Source: a virus
IMG/VR virus record: IMGVR_UViG_3300045988_132303
Reading direction: 5' to 3' (one strand)
Length of the DNA stretch: 45,763 bases
Made by a program: the position numbers and the translations under genes. This document shows positions 43,278-45,763 of the stretch, piece after piece (the first letter of the stretch is position 1; every line of letters starts with the position of its first letter). The notes under the pieces are model-generated. The model saw only the letters and a program-made list of their open reading frames with translations. It searched no databases and was not told the DNA's origin.

Positions 43278-43605
43278 TTTGTTTTTTTCCTTTGAACAAC
43301 TGTATTAATGATCTTTGCTCATCTTGAGGTAGAGCAATTACATACTTAAGAAAATCGACAATAGCCGGATCGAGCTTCGACAGATCGAGCGTGTCGGAAC
43401 TGAGGGAAGCTTCATCTGTTTCTATACTAAAATACTCAACCGAAATACCAAAATAGTCTGATATTTTTTTAATCGATGTAGCGCGTGGCTGTGCTCCCTG
43501 CTTCCAGTGCGTAGCGGTTGCATTGGAAAAACGCAGCTCCTCGCAGACTTTGCTCGGATATTTGTCTTTTTCAGCACACAGTTCAACGAATTTTTCCCAA
43601 AACAT
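43258..43605 (-). CDS. cI-like XRE-family repressor
   Basis: N-terminal HTH (KYPSKVCEELRFSNATATHWKQG). Divergent from the cro-like early operon. Confidence 0.7.
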   Translation of the reverse strand: MFWEKFVELCAEKDKYPSKVCEELRFSNATATHWKQGAQPRATSIKKISDYFGISVEYFSIETDEASLSSDTLDLSKLDPAIVDFLKYVIALPQDEQRSLIQLFKGKKQNDIMGS

Positions 43606-43662
43606 AATTTTGCACCATTTAAAATTTAATTAGTAAAATCAAATTGTGAAAGGCGCCGAAAA

Positions 43663-43707
43663 AGTAGAAAACGTAGATTTTTCTATTGACAAAGTAGAAA
43701 AAGTAGA
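43663..43707. promoter_or_regulatory. Two 15-bp direct repeats GTAGAAAANGTAGAT (operator candidates)
   Basis: 43663-43677 and 43693-43707, 30 bp apart. The second fills the spacer of the + strand promoter. Confidence 0.55.
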
Positions 43708-43714
43708 TTATAAT
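43686..43714 (+). promoter_or_regulatory. Consensus early rightward promoter
   Basis: TTGACA-17 nt-TATAAT. Confidence 0.7.
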
Positions 43715-43820
43715 AGAACCATCAAAGCACCGAACACACCGGTGCTACGACACAAACGGAGACGCGCCTCCGCTTGTTATAGACATCGCGCCTTACCATA
43801 TACGATTGTTCCGCAACTCA

Positions 43821-43849
43821 ATTGTAACACGGCAGGGCGCAAATGTCAA
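43821..43849 (-). promoter_or_regulatory. Leftward promoter toward the repressor gene
   Basis: Minus strand reads TTGACA-17 nt-TACAAT. Confidence 0.65.
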
Positions 43850-43889
43850 GGGAAATTCTGAAAAACTAACCGCAAAGAAAGAAAAGGCA

Positions 43890-43929
43890 GGCAAAACAAA
43901 AAACCAATGGATGCGCGTATCCATTGGTT
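43890..43929 (-). terminator. Strong minus-strand intrinsic terminator
   Basis: 11-bp stem aaccaatggat/atccattggtt (43902-43929). The minus strand continues ttttgttttg. Confidence 0.7.
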
Positions 43930-44014
43930 GAAATTGCGACCCGTCAATAAGGGAGCAGGCAAATTCAAAAGCTTGGCTAACATAACCGCGCTCCTTTCTT
44001 TGCCAAGACGGCAC
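43893..44014 (-). ncRNA. Candidate antisense transcript/attenuator unit of about 120 nt
   Basis: Bounded by the promoter at 44021-44049 and the terminator at 43890-43929. Contains AAAGGAG-7 nt-ATG (43983) opening a 45-codon ORF that runs through the terminator. Confidence 0.4.
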
Positions 44015-44020
44015 GCCGTC

Positions 44021-44049
44021 AGTATACCGCTGATCGGCGTGTTTGTCAA
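44021..44049 (-). promoter_or_regulatory. Second leftward promoter
   Basis: Minus strand reads TTGACA-17 nt-TATACT. Its upstream 16 nt nearly duplicates that of the promoter 200 bp away. Confidence 0.65.
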
Positions 44050-44090
44050 GAAAAATTCTTAAAAATTAATATATTAAAAAGGAGGACAAA

Positions 44091-44300
44091 ATGAACCTTG
44101 ACCTTAAGACCCGGATAGTTCGGCTTCATATAAAGCAGAACGACATCGCAAAGATGTTGAGCGGCAACGGCTTTCCGGTACATCCCGCAGAGCTGAGCGA
44201 CGCGATTCACGCAAAGAACAGCTACCCGAAAACCCTTAAGATTCAGAACGATCTTAAGAATCTTCTGACCAAGCTCGAACACGAAAGGGGACTTGACTGA
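44091..44300 (+). CDS. Cro-like small HTH protein
   Basis: First gene of the rightward operon. IKQNDIAKMLSGNG HTH-like segment. AGGAGG RBS. Confidence 0.55.
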   Translation: MNLDLKTRIVRLHIKQNDIAKMLSGNGFPVHPAELSDAIHAKNSYPKTLKIQNDLKNLLTKLEHERGLD

Positions 44301-44545
44301 TGCCCCGCGCAGCCATGACCGAAACCGAAAAACGGTGCGCTTCGGTCGTGCGGCATATCGACGCATACAAAGCAGAAAGATACCGGAAGGGAGACGATAA
44401 AGACACCGTCGCAAAGAAACTCGGTCTGTCCTACGGTCGCCTGAAAAGCATTCTCAGGACATCCCCGGAAAGCGTCACCCTCTCGGAGCTTTCTGCCATC
44501 GCAAACGCGATGAACATCTCAATCTCAACTCTCATAGGAGGCTGA
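44300..44545 (+). CDS. Small HTH-like protein
   Basis: LSELSAIANAMNISISTLIGG. Confidence 0.45.
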   Translation: MPRAAMTETEKRCASVVRHIDAYKAERYRKGDDKDTVAKKLGLSYGRLKSILRTSPESVTLSELSAIANAMNISISTLIGG

Positions 44546-44546
44546 C

Positions 44547-44696
44547 ATGAAAAAGTACATCCCCGGCACGCTTGCCCTCACACTCATGTATATCTTTCTT
44601 GCGCTTGCCGTGACCTTCGGAGTAAAGGCTCTCGCCGCTCTGCCGGTTATCGCATACGCGCAATACAAACTTCTTTTCAGGAGGAGCAAATCATGA
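44547..44696 (+). CDS. 49-aa membrane protein (not in the ORF track)
   Basis: MKKYIPGTLALTLMYIFLALAVTFGVKALAALPVIAYAQYKLLFRRSKS. The stop overlaps the next ATG. Confidence 0.4.
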   Translation: MKKYIPGTLALTLMYIFLALAVTFGVKALAALPVIAYAQYKLLFRRSKS

Positions 44697-44983
44697 AAAC
44701 ACTCACCCCCGCCCAAATGCATACCTTCGCAGAATATGCCCTTGAACACATCTTCATCCTCAACTGCCGCGCTCCGAAAAATGTGGAATTCAGTATGTCG
44801 TACAGCACGACTTCAATCAGGGTCAGCCTTTTCATCTATCAGCAAGGCACCATCAAAATCCTTTATTCGGAACACGCATACACATACACATTCAGCAAAG
44901 ACAACAGCGAGGTATACAACAAAATCAAAAGCTGGGAAGAAAGATACCTCAAGGAGACCCCCGAAGATGACACTCTGGGATGA
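44693..44983 (+). CDS. Hypothetical protein
   Basis: ATGA-coupled ORF. Confidence 0.45.
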   Translation: MKTLTPAQMHTFAEYALEHIFILNCRAPKNVEFSMSYSTTSIRVSLFIYQQGTIKILYSEHAYTYTFSKDNSEVYNKIKSWEERYLKETPEDDTLG

Positions 44984-45176
44984 AATCACCATAGCCGACT
45001 ACGAGCAAAAATGGCTCGACCCGGATTACGATTTTGCAAACCGCTGTTACCGATCCGACGAAGAAGCAGCCGAGACCAACACCCGCGAAATGCCCCTCAC
45101 GGAAGATGAGGAGTATGAAGAAGACCTCCGCATGACGGAGATGAGAAGAGAAATCCTCGGAAGGAGATACGCATGA
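44967..45176 (+). CDS. Small acidic hypothetical protein
   Basis: Start at ATG 44967. ATGA overlap with the next gene. Confidence 0.4.
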   Translation: MTLWDEITIADYEQKWLDPDYDFANRCYRSDEEAAETNTREMPLTEDEEYEEDLRMTEMRREILGRRYA

Positions 45177-45673
45177 ACCTCTACGAAATCAACTCACAGA
45201 TAAAACGAATCCTCGATAACGGCTTCAACGGGAGCATCGACCCCGAAACCGGCGAGATCATCGACGAAGGCGAACACGACCTTGAAACCCTTGAAATCCT
45301 CCGTCAGGACAAGCTTGAAGGCATAGCCCTCTATATCAAGAACCTGACCGCTCTGGCAGACGATATAAAGGCAGAGGAGAAATCCCTTGCCGAGCGCAGA
45401 AAAGCCGCAGAAGCCAAAGCAGAGCGTCTGAGCGCGTATCTCGCGGACGACCTCACCTCTCACGGCGAGAAAAAGCTTGAAACCGCAAAATGCGCCGTCA
45501 CAATGAGAAAATCCGAAGCGGTCATCGTCGACGAATCCCTCCTCGACATGACATGGTTCAAACCCACCACCACATACAAGCCGATGCTGGCTGAAATAAA
45601 GAAAGCAATCAAATCCGGAGAAACCGTCGACGGCGCACATATCGAAGAAAGGCAGAAGGTAACAGTGAAATGA
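45173..45673 (+). CDS. Siphovirus Gp157-family protein
   Basis: MNLYEINSQIKRIL start and a coiled-coil middle, directly upstream of the SSAP as is usual for this family. Confidence 0.65.
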   Translation: MNLYEINSQIKRILDNGFNGSIDPETGEIIDEGEHDLETLEILRQDKLEGIALYIKNLTALADDIKAEEKSLAERRKAAEAKAERLSAYLADDLTSHGEKKLETAKCAVTMRKSEAVIVDESLLDMTWFKPTTTYKPMLAEIKKAIKSGETVDGAHIEERQKVTVK

Positions 45674-45763
45674 ACGAGAAAAACTACTTTACAGAGCTGA
45701 ATGCGATAAACGTCAGCGACAAAACCGAGAAGAAAAACGGTATGACCTACCTCTCATGGGCAT
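45670..45763 (+). CDS. 5' end of the Sak-like SSAP gene (continues at position 56 after the overlap)
   Basis: ATGA overlap at 45670-45673. In frame with 34..573 across the junction. Confidence 0.7.
   Translation, partial: MNEKNYFTELNAINVSDKTEKKNGMTYLSWA

Larger units (their letters stand above)
1..45763. mobile_element. Complete temperate siphovirus-type phage genome, circularly closed (unit 45,708 bp), attP form
   Basis: Exact 55-bp terminal overlap. Full set of replication, packaging, head, tail, lysis and lysogeny modules. Integrase lies next to an intact attP with both arm-repeat sets. Confidence 0.85.

Noticed and set aside
43646-43861. 71-aa + strand ORF in the immunity intergenic region
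   Set aside because: It starts upstream of the rightward promoter, has no RBS, spans operators and promoters, and has an Arg-rich low-quality sequence.

Overview
The window is a complete, circularly closed genome of a temperate siphovirus-type phage. Unit length is 45,708 bp, and bases 1-55 are repeated exactly at 45709-45763. The host looks Gram-positive and Clostridia-like, judging from GGAGG-type RBSs, TTGACA-N17-TATAAT promoters and a Cys-rich KTR gene. The genome is in the excised attP form. Gene order, all on the + strand unless noted:
- Recombination and replication module (45173 through the junction to about 4974): Gp157-like, Sak/Rad52-like SSAP, NinB-like, HNH-like, SSB, a DUF4373 replisome organizer with internal iterons, and a G39P-like helicase loader.
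- A possible DNA-modification trio (5450-7483): PAPS-reductase-like, DUF1064, and a C5-methyltransferase-like protein lacking the glycine loop.
- A long run of small early genes (7485-13331), including a lipoprotein, MazG-like proteins and Zn-ribbon paralogs.
- An ArpU/RinA-like late regulator (13344-13637).
- A minus-strand hicAB toxin-antitoxin moron (13687-14341).
- Packaging and head genes: TerL with an N-terminal extension, portal, and MuF with an HExxH C-terminal domain.
- A roughly 3-kb accessory island inserted in the head module (20054-23175).
- Scaffold, major capsid, connectors, major tail, chaperones, tape measure, tail tip and fibre genes.
- Lysis cassette: holin and amidase.
- A strongly promoted two-gene moron (38777-39786).
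- attP, which carries the 3' end of a tRNA and is flanked by arm-type repeats.
- Tyrosine integrase (minus strand), a membrane-anchored HTH protein (minus strand) and three tiny + strand genes.
- An AT-rich minus-strand operon: a cI-like XRE repressor followed by a 345-aa protein with a MuF-like CxxC...HPxCRC domain.
- A 485-bp immunity switch with three near-consensus promoters, then cro-like early genes.

The candidates for something new, in my order of interest:
1. The repressor-linked MuF-domain protein.
2. The accessory island inside the head module.
3. The Acr/Aca-like moron.
4. The gene-free, apparently structured region at 2235-2541.
5. A conserved AATGCGTATT promoter-proximal motif present at three sites.
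6. The antisense/attenuator unit in the immunity region.

All family assignments come from motif recognition by eye. No database search was run.
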